DNA of 64,000 nucleotides, from NCBI GenBank assembly GCA_950097015.1, contig CATNEN010000007.1:6944001-7008000 (forward strand), given 5' to 3'. Of the stretch, positions 51,001 to 63,460 are shown one piece after another. The DNA comes from Macrostomum hystrix (lineage: Eukaryota; Animalia; Platyhelminthes). The position numbers and the translations under genes were made by a program. The notes under the pieces are model-generated. The model had not been told where the DNA came from and searched no databases. It worked only from the letters and a program-made list of their open reading frames with translations. The first letter of the stretch is position 1, and each line of letters starts with the position of its first letter.

Positions 51001-52384
51001 ACGGCCAAGGAGGCCGAACGGCTTCAAAGACGAAACCACGACGAATTCGGCGGGGTGTAACCTACCCCGCATCTCGACGGTAGAGCACAGCTTGCCGAGA
51101 GTCTTTAGGGTGTGGCCGTCGTAGGCCTCGAGGCGTCGGTGACTCTTTTGCAGTGGGGGCCTGCCCAGAGACTCCCAGATTGTGCTAGAAAGCACGGAGA
51201 CGGATGCACCGGTATCCACTTGCATTGGTACCTTGGCGCCGTCTACAAGAAGTGTCTCAGATGCAACTTCGATTGCATTGACCAGATCAACGTCCATAAG
51301 ATGCAGGATCTTCGAGGGCTCGGGCGTCATCGATGCATCGGATGGAACATCCGCGTGATGTACGGATTTGCTAGTCAGAGCAGAGCGGCATACGGCAGCA
51401 AAGTGGTTGCGCTTGGAGCACTTGGAACAGGTCTTGCCATATGCCGGGCACTTGCCTGCGTGATGGGATCCGCCACAGTACTTGCAGCCCTCGATGCGCT
51501 GACCATTGGAAGTTGGCCGTCCACCTTTGGAGTAGTGCACCGATTCGTCAGTGGCCGCATTATGTTGGGCTGGCGGCGACAATGGGCCAGCCGGGCCTAC
51601 CGGGGGCACCGAGTTACAGGTTTGAACAAACGTGTTGATCTGTTCACAACTTCGAATGAGGTCAACAATCTCCGAGATTGTCTGATCCTTGGTTTGCATT
51701 GCACCGAGAATGCGCCGTTGATGCTCAGGGTTGTACAGTCCAGAAATGAGAGTAAGCCGCACCAGCTCCTCTGCGGGACTGGCGCAGTCCTTCAGAGAGT
51801 CAAAGGCGCAGTGCGTTGCTGCTTTCCTCAGGCGAGCTAAATAGTCTGCTATCGGCTCAGCAGCTTTCTGACGAATTGAGAAAAAGTCGGTTCTTTCGGC
51901 GACAATGAGGCGCTTCTGAGGTTGTAAGTAGGACACCAGGGCTGTCTCGATCTCTTGGAAGGTCAGCTTGTCGATCTCCTTCGGAGCGACGAGATGAGTC
52001 AGCTTCTCCAAAGCAGGCAGTCCGCAGGATGCCAAAAATTGTCTGCGACTTGTCGGGATTCGGTCGAGTCGGTCCACTTCTTGGCGCGGGCCAGAGCATT
52101 GAAGGCCTTGAGCCACATCAGTGCACGGTCGGCATCGCCGAGAAAAAGGTCGCCAAGCCGCGACGCCATTGTCAAGACTCAAAGGAAGCTTCTTATAGCG
52201 AATATAACGAGTGTATTTGGGTTAAAGCCGCGCGTGCGAATAAGCCGTGTAGTCACTCTTACGTTTAGCTTGGGGGGGGTAAAAGGGGTGCAACAGTTGA
52301 GGCGAAGCTTAGCTTAACGGGACCATAGACAGAAGAAGAAGAGAGAAAGCCGTTAGGGCCGGGCTGCTTTGACACTGCACAACA
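48082..52384 (-). mobile_element. Full-length Ty3/Gypsy (Mag-like) LTR retrotransposon, 4303 bp
   Basis: LTRs 52170-52384 and 48082-48295, TG..CA, identical except for one G in a homopolymer. 5-bp TSD ATTTG. PBS TGGCGTCGCGGC and PPT GGAGGGAGA. Confidence 0.97.
48398..52169 (-). CDS. gag-pol: paired Cys-His knuckles, protease DTGA, RT, RNase H, integrase; two apparent 1-nt deletions at about 52035 and 50417
   Basis: CKYCGGSH...CSKCSKRNHFAAVC, VDTGAS, LRMCADYK, TDAS, HHCC and the DD35E core (VVDSYS, SDNGPEF, AERAVQ). Confidence 0.93.
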
Positions 52385-52819
52385 ATTTGTCTCTCCAACT
52401 CAAATGTCTATTTCTAGCTCTATGCACAGGTACAGATTGTATTGCACACTCGTATTCTTCAATGGTTATTGCACTCGCGAAATCACTTGGTTGATTATTG
52501 TTGCAGATCTGCAACTGAAATTGACACACTATTTGTTTAACCTGAGCAGCGACCCGCGGCTGGTTGATTGCGAGCCTTTTATCGGAGCAACTAATCAATT
52601 AATCAGGAGCAGGTGCTCGCTCAGCGTGACCAACGAAATCAGCACGTGGAATGGCAATATTCTCAGCTATATTTCATTTAAGAAAGGCTTCGCATAGTCC
52701 TACTGGACACAATGATCTTTATCAGTCACATGTCAGGCCTAGGGAGACATTTCTGCAAAGGAGGGGAACCAGAAGTTGCTAAGAAGATGTCAGATTCCAA
52801 ATGATGTGAAGCGGGAGCT

Positions 52820-55587
52820 TCAGTGCTGCAGCTGCAGCCTCGCGGGGCGGCAGGAACGCCTTATCACTGCGGCGGAGAACTCCAGGAACTCGCACAGCGT
52901 GACGATGCTGATGCCAAGCCAGAGGCCACTGAGACCGCCCAGCTGAGACAGCAGGCTGCTCAGCGGGAAGCTGGTCCGCTCCTCAGTGAATTGGATGTCC
53001 AGACTGCGGGGAAACACGCGAAGCTCCAGGAAGTTGCGCTCCATAAAGCTGTACAGGCGAGAGTGCAGCCTGTCCGAGCACTCACTCATGTTGCAGGCCT
53101 TCAGCTCGGCGAACAGGTCCACGAAATCCTCGCCCAGCGGCCTGACGAGTGTGCTTCGCCTTCCGTGGCTCTTCAGCGGCTCGAAGTACTCCCGGGAGAT
53201 GGCGTCCAGCAGCGTCTCCTTGATCCGGTCCAGCATTTCCGCCTGCGGCCAAATGGCCTGCGAGATGGCAGTCACGTAGTTCTCGTAGTTGCACGGATTC
53301 GGGCATGCGGAGGGCGGCGCCGACGACGGCCCCTCCTGGCGAGCCTGCTGGAAGCAGTCGATGACCCGCGTGACCGGCGCCACCACCTTGTCCAAGACTC
53401 GCATCGCCTCTTCCGCGGCGCGTCCATTGTGATGATCGTGCGGCCTGCGGCGCATCTGCATGATGAAATCCAGCTGGCGCCGGGTGATGTTGAAGCCGGA
53501 GTGGCAGTTGGGGCGGCGCGGCCAGCCCGCCCCGTCCTGCCAATGATCGTCGACGTGCACGGAGCAGTTGCAGATCTCCTCGGTGCGGCGCAGGATCTGG
53601 TGGTAGACGCAGTCCTCAGTGCGGTAATTGTACTCATCCAGAAGGCCAGTGGCATGGTTGAAGTGTGGAATCTTGCCGCCGTCAGAGCACGGAGCCACCG
53701 GAGTGTTGATCAGCGAGCTCCTGTTGTTGCCAGGGGGCGGGAGTTAAATCACTTTCAATTGCATTGCTTGACCGAATCTGATGAATTATAAAAACTGTGA
53801 GAGCATGAGCTCACTCAAAAATTTTATCAATTGAAAGGCCCCTTGCAAACATCTTTCGAACATCTTCACAAGCGCCCAAGATTGAAATATTTTTTCCTTG
53901 GCCGTCCGGCTGGCCGGTATATTAGATTAAATTGCTTGATTCCGTCCTGCGAGGTCCCTCGGCGAGTCGAGCCAACGGCAGCTGCGGCTGCGGCTGCGGC
54001 TGAATGCTCGGAGATAAGGTGTAGTCGAGATGAGGAAACAGATCTATAGCACATGGGCCCGGGATTCGCGAGTCTCTTAAACACCCTTTCCTGTCTGGCG
54101 TGATCCTTACTTATTCAGGCGCAGAGAAGAAAAGAGTCGGCCAGTTGACATGAATTATTTATAATGCAGCTCTGAGCTGGCTTGTCAGTCCAGTCCAGCT
54201 GGATACCACTGAGCATGCTGCTTGCCAGAAATCAATACAGCTTCTCTTTTGTCCGAAAAGCTACATTGTATTGTAAAGTCACGTCCTTGGTTTGGGAATA
54301 TCGAGATTAAATGACGGGATAAACGAAGGACGATTCGCGTACTACGAGAATGGAAAAGTAGAGAAGGTGGTACAGAGCGCGTTGCAAAGCAGCGACACCA
54401 GCACCAATAAAGAGCAGCTGAAACGTGACACAAACTAAAGAGCTGGACACCCAGGCAGGAGCGGACCTGAAGTGCCACAGGTTGATCTCAGTCAGCATGC
54501 CCTTGGGCAGGACCCAGCCGCCCTCGCTCGGGTGTGGAATCGTGCCCTGTTGCTGCAGCGACACCCGCAGTCCCAGCGGCAGCAGGGCCTCTTCATATTT
54601 CTCGCCGAAGCCGGAGAAGGACTCTACGAAGCGGCGCTGGGGAACGTTCAGCACCAGCGTCAGGCCGTTGTCTGTGCCGGCGGCGCTCATCTTCCTTGTC
54701 GGCGGCTGGAAGGCGAAACAGTTCATGAAGTCGTGGTGATAGTACACTGAGAAATTCAGGAAGTTGCAGGGCAGCTTCTGGTAGCGGCAGAAGACGATGT
54801 AGTCCTCCGGGCGCAGGGCGCTGCTCGGGAGGTCGATGAAGTGGCTCAGGAAGAAGCGCGACTTGTCCGTGTGCTGCAGGTCGCCCCAGAACATCTGCGG
54901 CAGTATGGCAGCGCCGTCGGAGCTCCGCAGTAGCTCGTCATCGCCACCGTCGCTGATGCTGTCGTTGAAGGCGCGCAGAATCGGGTCAGGCCGGATCGGC
55001 CCTATGGGATCGCAGATGATGACATCCGGGAAGCTGAACGCCCCCATCAGGAAACTGGTCTGCACGTTGACGGGATAGCTGTAGTAGTAGCGAATCTCGG
55101 TGGCCAGGTGGGTGACCCAACCCATTGTGACCAAAGCTAGGACGCTGGCCCATAGAAGACGCCGCAGGCAGCTGTCAGCCGCAGCCAGCTGACGAATTCC
55201 ATGCGCAGTGGTGTTGTTGGCAAAGGCCCCGATCAGCGCCTGGAAGCTGGCCGCTCGCTGCATGCTGGACCAGCTGTAGGACGCGTGACCGGAGCGGCGC
55301 TTGCGAAGTCGGGACGCCGGCCGAAGAGCTCGGACCAGGCTTTGGCTGCCGTTGACATTCCGTGAGCTGCCGACTGGTTGCAGGCCGTAGCTCGCATCCT
55401 CGATCGCCCCCGCCGCCGTCTCCTCCTCTTCCTCGTTTTCCTTCTCGGCCGCACCCAGTGCTGGAGACACCACCTGCTCGTGGCGGAGATGCGGATCCAG
55501 ATGATTCGAGGAGCACTCGAAGCTGACGGTGCGGCTGACGCTGCCAGGAGACACCGCAGCCAAGGAGCGGTTTGACTTGCTGGACAT
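52820..55587 (-). CDS. DEG/ENaC (ASIC/FaNaC-like) amiloride-sensitive channel subunit, about 673 aa
   Basis: Exons 55587-54467 and 53720-52820 (phase 2). Motifs FANNTTAHG, FPDVIIC, CPNPC, and TM2 LGGLSGLWLGISIVTLCEF. Confidence 0.92.
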
Positions 55588-55961
55588 CTCTGAGCAACTG
55601 GACGCGGTTAGAAGCTGTTAGCCATGCCTCTCTGTTCTTAACCGCCCGCTCTTCCTTGCTCTTAAATTTGGCCAAGAGTAGAATAGCCGCCAGCCCAACC
55701 ACGTCCTGATTGGCTGCGAAGCAAGCTGGCAACAAATGTTTGGGGCATTTTTCCCGCAGTTCTCGCCAGCCTCTAAAAAACACATCTCAACTAGACCAGC
55801 CCAGATTCTCGATTCGCATGGCTTCTATTGGACGGAGCCTCGGGGCATCGACTCCGCAAAAGTACTTTTACTAGGCGAGACTCCGGTGAGAAACTGTCAG
55901 AAGCACTTATAATGTTGACCTGAAGAAATACATCAATACAGACGTAAAGATTCAGTGGAAT

Positions 55962-56232
55962 ATGGAAGCTAGATAACTGGAAGATGGAAGCTAGATAACT
56001 GGAAGATGGAAGCTAGATAACTGGAAGATGGAAGCTAGATAACTGGAAGATGGAAGCTAGATAACTGGAAGATGGAAGCTAGATAACTGGAAGATGGAAG
56101 CTAGATAACTGGAAGATGGAAGCTAGATAACTGGAAGATGGAAGCTAGATAACTGGAAGATGGAAGCTAGATAACTGGAAGATGGAAGCTAGATAACTGG
56201 AAGATAGAAGCTAGATAATACTGGATAACTGA
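55962..56232. repeat. 22-bp minisatellite (ggaagctagataactggaagat) between the divergent ENaC and innexin genes
   Basis: About 12 units. Confidence 0.95.
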
Positions 56233-56582
56233 AAGCTGTAAATAGTTAGATAATCTTGACAGCAGGCTGATGAATGGTGAAGTGCATTCACAGTCCCAGC
56301 CTTCCCCTCGCCGATGCTGGCATATCAGAGGGCTCCCAGTCAGCCTGTGCACTCGTGCCAGGTTTGGTGACGTTGCACTGTTCGCAAGCTCTCTTCATCT
56401 CTCCTTCCTCTCTATCTATCTCTCTCTCTCTTTAAAGATCAGAGTACAAATAATTCGATGTATATAGAAGTGTATGCAGTCGACAACTACGGACAGCCGC
56501 TCGCGAACTGCAGCTTCTATTGAGTGGTTCACTCTGCACTACAGTTTCTTTGGTAAGTAAGAAAGTTTATTTAAGTAAGTAG

Positions 56583-56758
56583 GTTAGTTAGTTAGTTAGT
56601 TAGTTACTTTGTTTGTTTGTTTGTTTGTTTGTTTGGTTGTTTGTTTGTTATTTTGTTTGTTTGTTTGTTTGTTCGTTTGTTCGTTCGTTCGTTTGTTTGT
56701 TCGTTTGTTTGTTTGTTTGTTTGTTTGTTTGTTTGGTTGTTCGTTTGTTTGTTTGTTA
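56583..56758. repeat. (GTTA)n/(GTTT)n microsatellite in the probable 5' UTR intron of the innexin
   Basis: Follows the donor GTAAGT at 56553. Confidence 0.9.
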
Positions 56759-56905
56759 AAGTGCCCAATTTCTAAAGGACTCAAGTGTTTTTTTCTTCTA
56801 AAATGCTAAATGCGACTGTGCTTGTCATCGGTAACCGTTATTAGTTGAATTGATTGGATAAAAAATACTCACGACTGGTTCACCCCAGCCACAGTCGGTC
56901 CGGCC

Positions 56906-59900
56906 ATGCTGCTCGCCGAGTTTCTGGATCGCATTGGCAAGCTGGACGCCTTGGGCCACGTCGGTTTGGACGACTTCGCTGACCGGCTTAATTTTCTGTT
57001 CACAGGTGCGTAGAAGGATTGGTCGCTTGGTTAAATACACTGCACTGGGATGCTACCTAAAGTACATGTCATTTAGGGGGGAATCGACACATGGTTTTAA
57101 TTGCGCAAGACGACTCGTTGATCTAATAAACATATCGGATTAGATAGAATATATTTTACACCAATGTCCATTGACTGGCGAAGTCGCCACCAAAATACCC
57201 CAACTGATGCAGGTGCCTATCATACAGCTGGGTGATCTAAAGCAATAGGTAGTTAAGTATCTTTGGTCAAGTTCTCAATTTTTCGCTGCACAGATTGGCA
57301 ATGCAGCAAACATGGTGGAGTGGTGCTATTTCACGATAGTCCCCATAGTATGGCTAGGATAATATACAAGTTCAGCATAAAGTGCCGCAGCTGCGTCAAA
57401 GACATCTTTGTGACTCCTGGTTGTATTTTATGTTTCAATTGCAGTCCTCTTTCTAATCGTGTTCAGCAGTGTAACAACCTTGAAGACCTACTTCCTCAAT
57501 CCTATCAACTGCTATCTGCCAAACATTGTGGGTTCACACGAAGGCCAGGCAGCATACATAACTAGCATGTGCTACACAGACGGTCTCTACAATGTACCGC
57601 TGGAGAAGTTCGCCATAAAAAATCATGATCTGAATTGGGAGGCCGAATATCAGGACAGAAAGATCTACTATTACCAATGGCTGCCGTTTGTCTTCGCTGT
57701 TCAGGGCGTGGTCTTCTACGCACCCTATCTGTTTTGGCGACTGTTTGTCCAGCCCAGAGTCAGCTGCGATCTGTGGCAGCTGGCCCGGGCCGCCGCTGAG
57801 GCGCAGCGTTCTGACGCGGACAAGCGGGAGAAGGCTCTGCGTCACGTGGCGAGACAGCTGGAGCTGTGGCTTCGGAGCACCCAGCCCAGGACTGGCTCCA
57901 TTGACGCCAAGCTGCACCAAAGCATGCGAGGAAGGTCAGCTAAAGATGACGCGTTCTGGTGGATCTGTGTGAGCATCTTGGTGGTTCTGTGTGAGCATTT
58001 TGGTGGTTCTGTGTGAGCATCTTGGTGGATCTGTGTGGTGTATCTTGGTGGTTCTGTGTGATGCATCTTGTTCTGTGTGAGCATCTTGGTGGTTCTGTGT
58101 GGTGTATCTTGGTGGTTCTGTGTGATGCATCTTGGTTCTGTGTGGTGTATCTTGGTGGTTCTGTGTGGTGTATCTTGGTGGTTCTATGTGAGCATCTTGG
58201 TGGTTTTGTGTGAGCATCTTGGTGGTTCTGTGTGGTGTATCATGCTGGTTCTATGTGGGCATCTTAGTGGTTTTGTGTGAGCATCTTGGTGGTTCTGTGT
58301 GGTGTATCTTGGTGGTTCTGTGTGGTGTATCTTGGTGGTTCTGTGTGGTGTATCTTGGTGGTTCTGTGTGAGCATCTTGGTGGTTCTGTATGAGCATCTT
58401 GGTGGTTTTGTGTGAGCATCTTGGTGGTTCTGTGTGGTGTATCTTGGTGGTTCTGTGTGGTGTATCTTGGTGGTTCTGTGTGGTGTATCTTGGTGGTTCT
58501 GTGTGAGCATCTTGGTGGTTCTGTATGAGCATCTTGGTGGTTTTGTGTGAGCATCTTGGTGGTTCTGTGTGGTGTATCTTGGTGGTTCTGTGTGGTGTAT
58601 CTTGGTGGTTCTGTGTGGTGTATCTTGGTGGTTCTGTGTGGTGTATCTTGGTGGTTCTGTGTGGTGTATCTTGGTGGTTCTGTGTGGTGTATCTTGGTGG
58701 TTCTGTGTGGTGTATCTTGGTGGTTCTGTGTGGTGTATCTTGGTGGTTCTGTGTGAGCATCTTGGTGGTTCTGTGTGGTGTATCTTGGTGGTTCTGTGTG
58801 AGCATCTTGGTGGTTCTGTGTGGTGTATCTTGGTGGTTCTGTGTGGTGTATCTTGGTGGTTCTGTGTGGTGTATCTTGGTGGTTCTGTGTGATGCATCTT
58901 GGTGGTTCTGTGTGGTGTATCTTGGTGGTTCTGTGTGAGCATCTTGGTGGTTCTGTGTGGTGTATCTTGGTGGTTCTGTGTGAGCATCTTGGTGGTTCTG
59001 TGTGGTGTATCTTGGTGGTTCTGTGTGATGCATCTTGGTGGTTCTGTGTGGTGTATCTTGGTGGTTCTGTGTGAGCATCTTGGTGTTTCTGTGTGGTGTA
59101 TCTTGGTGGTTCTGTGTGAGCATCTTGGTGGTTCTGTGTGGTGTATCTTGGTGGTTCTGTGTGAGCATCTTGGTGGTTCTGTGTGGTGCATCTTGGTGGT
59201 TCTGTGTGGTGTATCTTGGTGGTTCTGTGTGAGCATCTTGGTGGTTCTGTGTGAGCATCTTGGTGGTTCTGTGTGGTGTATCTTGGTGGTTCTGTGTGGT
59301 GTATCTTGGTGGTTCTGTGTGGTGCATCTTGGTGGTTCTGTGTGGTGTATCTTGGTGGTTCTGTGTGAGCATCTTGGTGGTTCTGTGTGAGCATCTTGGT
59401 GGTTCTGTGTGGTGCATCTTGGTGGTTCTGTGTGGTGTATCTTGGTGGTTCTGTGTGAGCATCTTGGTGGTTCTGTGTGAGCATCTTGGTGGTTCTGTGT
59501 GGTGTATCTTGGTGGTTCTGTGTGGTGCATCTTGGTGGTTCTGTGTGGTGTATCTTGGTGGTTCTGTGTGAGCATCTTGGTGGTTCTGTGTGAGCATCTT
59601 GGTGGTTTTGTGTGAGCATCTTGGTGGTTCTGTGTGGTGTATCTTGGTGGTTCTGTGTGGTGTATCTTGGTGGTTCTGTGTGAGCATCTTGGTGGTTCTG
59701 TGTGGTGTATCTTGGTGGTTCTGTGTGAGCATCTTGGTGGTTCTGTGTGGTGTATCTTGGTGGTTCTGTGTGGTGTATCTTGGTGGTTCTGTGTGGTGTA
59801 TCTTGGTGGTTCTGTGTGAGCATCTTGGTGGTTCTGTGTGGTGTATCTTGGTGGTTCTGTGTGAGCATCTTGGTGGTTCTGTGTGGTGTATCTTGGTGGT

Positions 59901-62900
59901 TCTGTGTGAGCATCTTGGTGGTTCTGTGTGGTGTATCTTGGTGGTTCTGTGTGGTGTATCTTGGTGGTTCTGTGTGAGCATCTTGGTGGTTCTGTGTGAG
60001 CATCTTGGTGGTTCTGTGTGGTGTATCTTGGTGGTTCTGTGTGGTGTATCTTGGTGGTTCTGTGTGGTGTATCTTGGTGGTTCTGTGTGGTGTATCTTGG
60101 TGGTTCTGTGTGGTGTATCTTGGTGGTTCTGTGTGAGCATCTTGGTGGTTCTGTGTGGTGTATCTTGGTGGTTCTGTGTGAGCATCTTGGTGGTTCTGTG
60201 TGGTGTATCTTGGTGGTTCTGTGTGGTGTATCTTGGTGGTTCTGTGTGGTGTATCTTGGTGGTTCTGTGTGATGCATCTTGGTGGTTCTGTGTGGTGTAT
60301 CTTGGTGGTTCTGTGTGAGCATCTTGGTGGTTCTGTGTGGTGTATCTTGGTGGTTCTGTGTGAGCATCTTGGTGGTTCTGTGTGGTGTATCTTGGTGGTT
60401 CTGTGTGATGCATCTTGGTGGTTCTGTGTGGTGTATCTTGGTGGTTCTGTGTAAGCATCTTGGTGTTTCTGTGTGGTGTATCTTGGTGGTTCTGTGTGAG
60501 CATCTTGGTGGTTCTGTGTGGTGTATCTTGGTGGTTCTGTGTGAGCATCTTGGTGGTTCTGTGTGGTGCATCTTGGTGGTTCTGTGTGGTGTATCTTGGT
60601 GGTTCTGTGTGAGCATCTTGGTGGTTCTGTGTGAGCATCTTGGTGGTTCTGTGTGGTGTATCTTGGTGGTTCTGTGTGGTGCATCTTGGTGGTTCTGTGT
60701 GGTGTATCTTGGTGGTTCTGTGTGAGCATCTTGGTGGTTCTGTGTGAGCATCTTGGTGGTTCTGTGTGGTGTATCTTGGTGGTTCTGTGTGGTGTATCTT
60801 GGTGGTTCTGTGTGGTGTATCTTGGTGGTTCTGTGTGGTGTATCTTGGTGGTTCTGTGTGAGCATCTTGGTGGTTTTGTGTGAGCATCTTGGTGGTTCTG
60901 TGTGGTGTATCTTGGTGGTTCTGTGTGGTGTATCTTGGTGGTTCTGTGTGAGCATCTTGGTGGTTCTGTGTGGTGTATCTTGGTGGTTCTGTGTGGTGTA
61001 TCTTGGTGGTTCTGTGTGGTGTATCTTGGTGGTTCTGTGTGATGCATCTTGGTGGTTCTGTGTGGTGTATCTTGGTGGTTCTGTGTTAGCATCTTGGTGG
61101 TTCTGTGTGGTGTATCTTGGTGGTTCTGTGTGAGCATCTTGGTGGTTCTGTGTGGTGTATCTTGGTGGTTCTGTGTGGTGTATCTTGGTGGTTCTGTGTG
61201 GTGTATCTTGGTGGTTCTGTGTGAGCATCTTGGTGGTTCTGTGTGGTGTATCTTGGTGGTTCTGTGTGAGCATCTTGGTGGTTCTGTGTGGTGTATCTTG
61301 GTGGTTCTGTGTGAGCATCTTGGTGGTTCTGTGTGGTGTATCTTGGTGGTTCTGTGTGGTGTATCTTGGTGGTTCTGTGTGAGCATCTTGGTGGTTCTGT
61401 GTGAGCATCTTGGTGGTTCTGTGTGGTGTATCTTGGTGGTTCTGTGTGGTGTATCTTGGTGGTTCTGTGTGGTGTATCTTGGTGGTTCTGTGTGAGCATC
61501 TTGGTGGTTCTGTGTGGTGTATCTTGGTGGTTCTGTGTAAGCATCTTGGTGGTTCTGTGTGGTGTATCTTGGTGGTTCTGTGTGGTGTATCTTGGTGGTT
61601 CTGTGTGGTGTATCTTGGTGGTTCTGTGTGGTGTATCTTGGTGGTTCTGTGTGATACATCATGGTGTATCTGTAAAGGCAGAACAGCAACAGCTTGTATA
61701 TTTCAATTTTTAAGGGCTCTATTTGTAATGCGGACCCAGCCGTTTCCATGAGTCCCCCTGCTTGCATCCGCAGCCTGGCTCTGTGCCTACCATCAAAGCG
61801 GCTCGGCACCCGACTGGTGTGGGGCTACCTTGCGATGAAGATAATGTACATTGTCAACCTAGTCGGCCAGCTGCTTGTAATGGCCAGAATGGTTCGCCCA
61901 GACGAATCCGTTTCGCTGCTGAGGTCGGCAGCCAGCTTCAGCGCTGACCTGATTGTCCACTTGGCGAACGGTGCCGACTGGAGGCGGACAGGCCTGTTTC
62001 CCAGGTCCGGCTGCTGCGCCGTTGCGCTGAAGACTACGTCTGAGATGCCCCAGGTGAGAAAGTCCTGAAAAGCAGTTAGAAGTTAAAAAACGGAACAGAG
62101 GTTCGACTTGAAAAAAATCACTCAACTGGTGGGAACTAATTATTTGCTCATAAAGTTTACTCCTGAGAAGCCTATTAATGCTTGTAGCCCAATAGATTTG
62201 GGTTCGGATTTTGACCAATAGGTCAGGAATCTCATCTCTAGGAGATTTGTGTTCTTGAGCAATAAGTTAAATTTCAGATTGTTTCAGTTCACCCAGCTGC
62301 AAAATTGCTTTCAGTATTTGCTTGGGTAGAAATTTGAGTGGGTATGACCCCCCCAGTCCATGGACTGAACAGGTTTACATACACTTTAGATGCTGCGGCT
62401 GTGCCACTGGCTGGCCCACCTGAATTATGTGTCTGTCCTATTTATGCACTCCATTTAATTAGCGAACATGTCTGATTGGCTGTCATAAACCGCTGCTGTT
62501 TAAACCTACTATTTAGCTGCAGCAGGATTTCAGTGAACAGAATGATGCGTGCTGGCATTGTCAGGCCGATGAGTACTCCAAGAAATGAGCCCCCAAACGT
62601 GAGCACGCGTTTTCATGACAGAAATTTGCATTATACGCTCGTATGCTCTGTACAATGGTACGCATATTACAGACAGCCATTGTGTTTATCCGGCTCAAAC
62701 AAATACATGATGGCGCAAACCTACAGTTAGATGCATCACTGTAGTTAGTGATGTCCTCAGTAATCTTATTGTAGTCTCATTATAATCCTGGCAGATTAGT
62801 CTCGCCCAGTGCGCTCTACCCGTCAACATGATCCACGAGAAGCTTTTCGCCTTCCTGTGGCTCTGGCTGCCGATCACCCTGGCTGCCACTGTGCTCAGCC

Positions 62901-63460
62901 TGTACCTTTGGTGCTACCGACTGGTGCCCACCTGCAGTCGCAGGCGCCAAATCGTGCGGTGCCTCCGATTGGCCAGCGCTTTCGGCGGCCAATCAGAGGA
63001 GGACGGCGCTCAACTGAGGGTTGACAGCATCTCCGGCCTCGATGGGTTCCTCAGCGACTTTCTGCGGCCAGACGGATGTTTGGTGCTCCGGCTGCTTCAG
63101 CCAGCATGCGGAGACACGGCCGCAAGCGACATCTGTGCCAGCCTCTTCCGCGTCTATGCCCGGCTCGCCACAGCCGCTGCCGACTCCACCATCGTGGTCC
63201 TCGGCGATCCTAAGCAGGATATCGCCGAAGGGATGTCAACAAATCCAGCAGCAGGTGGCCATCGCGTGAGACACCGAAGCTGCAGTGGCAGCGGCCAGCC
63301 TCATCATCACCACCATCAGCTTCATCAAAGCGGGGCCGTCCAGCCGCGCGACAGCTTCCTCCGCGAGCAGCAGCTCCGCCGGCAGCTGGAACTGCCGCTG
63401 GAGGCTGAGGCGGCAAAGAAGAAGCTGGCCGCAGATGCTGATGAGAACTCTTACCTGTGA
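56906..63460 (+). CDS. inx: Innexin, about 511 aa
   Basis: Exons 56906-57005, 57445-57934, 61774-62053 and 62795-63460, phase-consistent. Motifs DDFADRLN, PINC, YYQWLPF, LFPR..C, CALPVNMIHEKLFAFLWLW and LRPDG. Confidence 0.95.
57953..61670. repeat. 3.7-kb two-variant 22/23-bp minisatellite (atcttggtggttctgtgt + gagc/ggtgt) filling innexin intron 2
   Basis: Direct reading; source of the 878-1181-aa ORFs. Confidence 0.98.
62225..62445 (+). mobile_element. SINE family 2 copy in innexin intron 3
   Basis: ttcagttcacccagctg and ccccagtccatggactgaacag motifs. Confidence 0.65.

Noticed and set aside
58184-61809. ORFs of 878-1181 aa (TQNHQD/HTEPPR repeats)
   Set aside because: They are open in all three frames because the repeat unit has no stop, and they lie antisense within an innexin intron.
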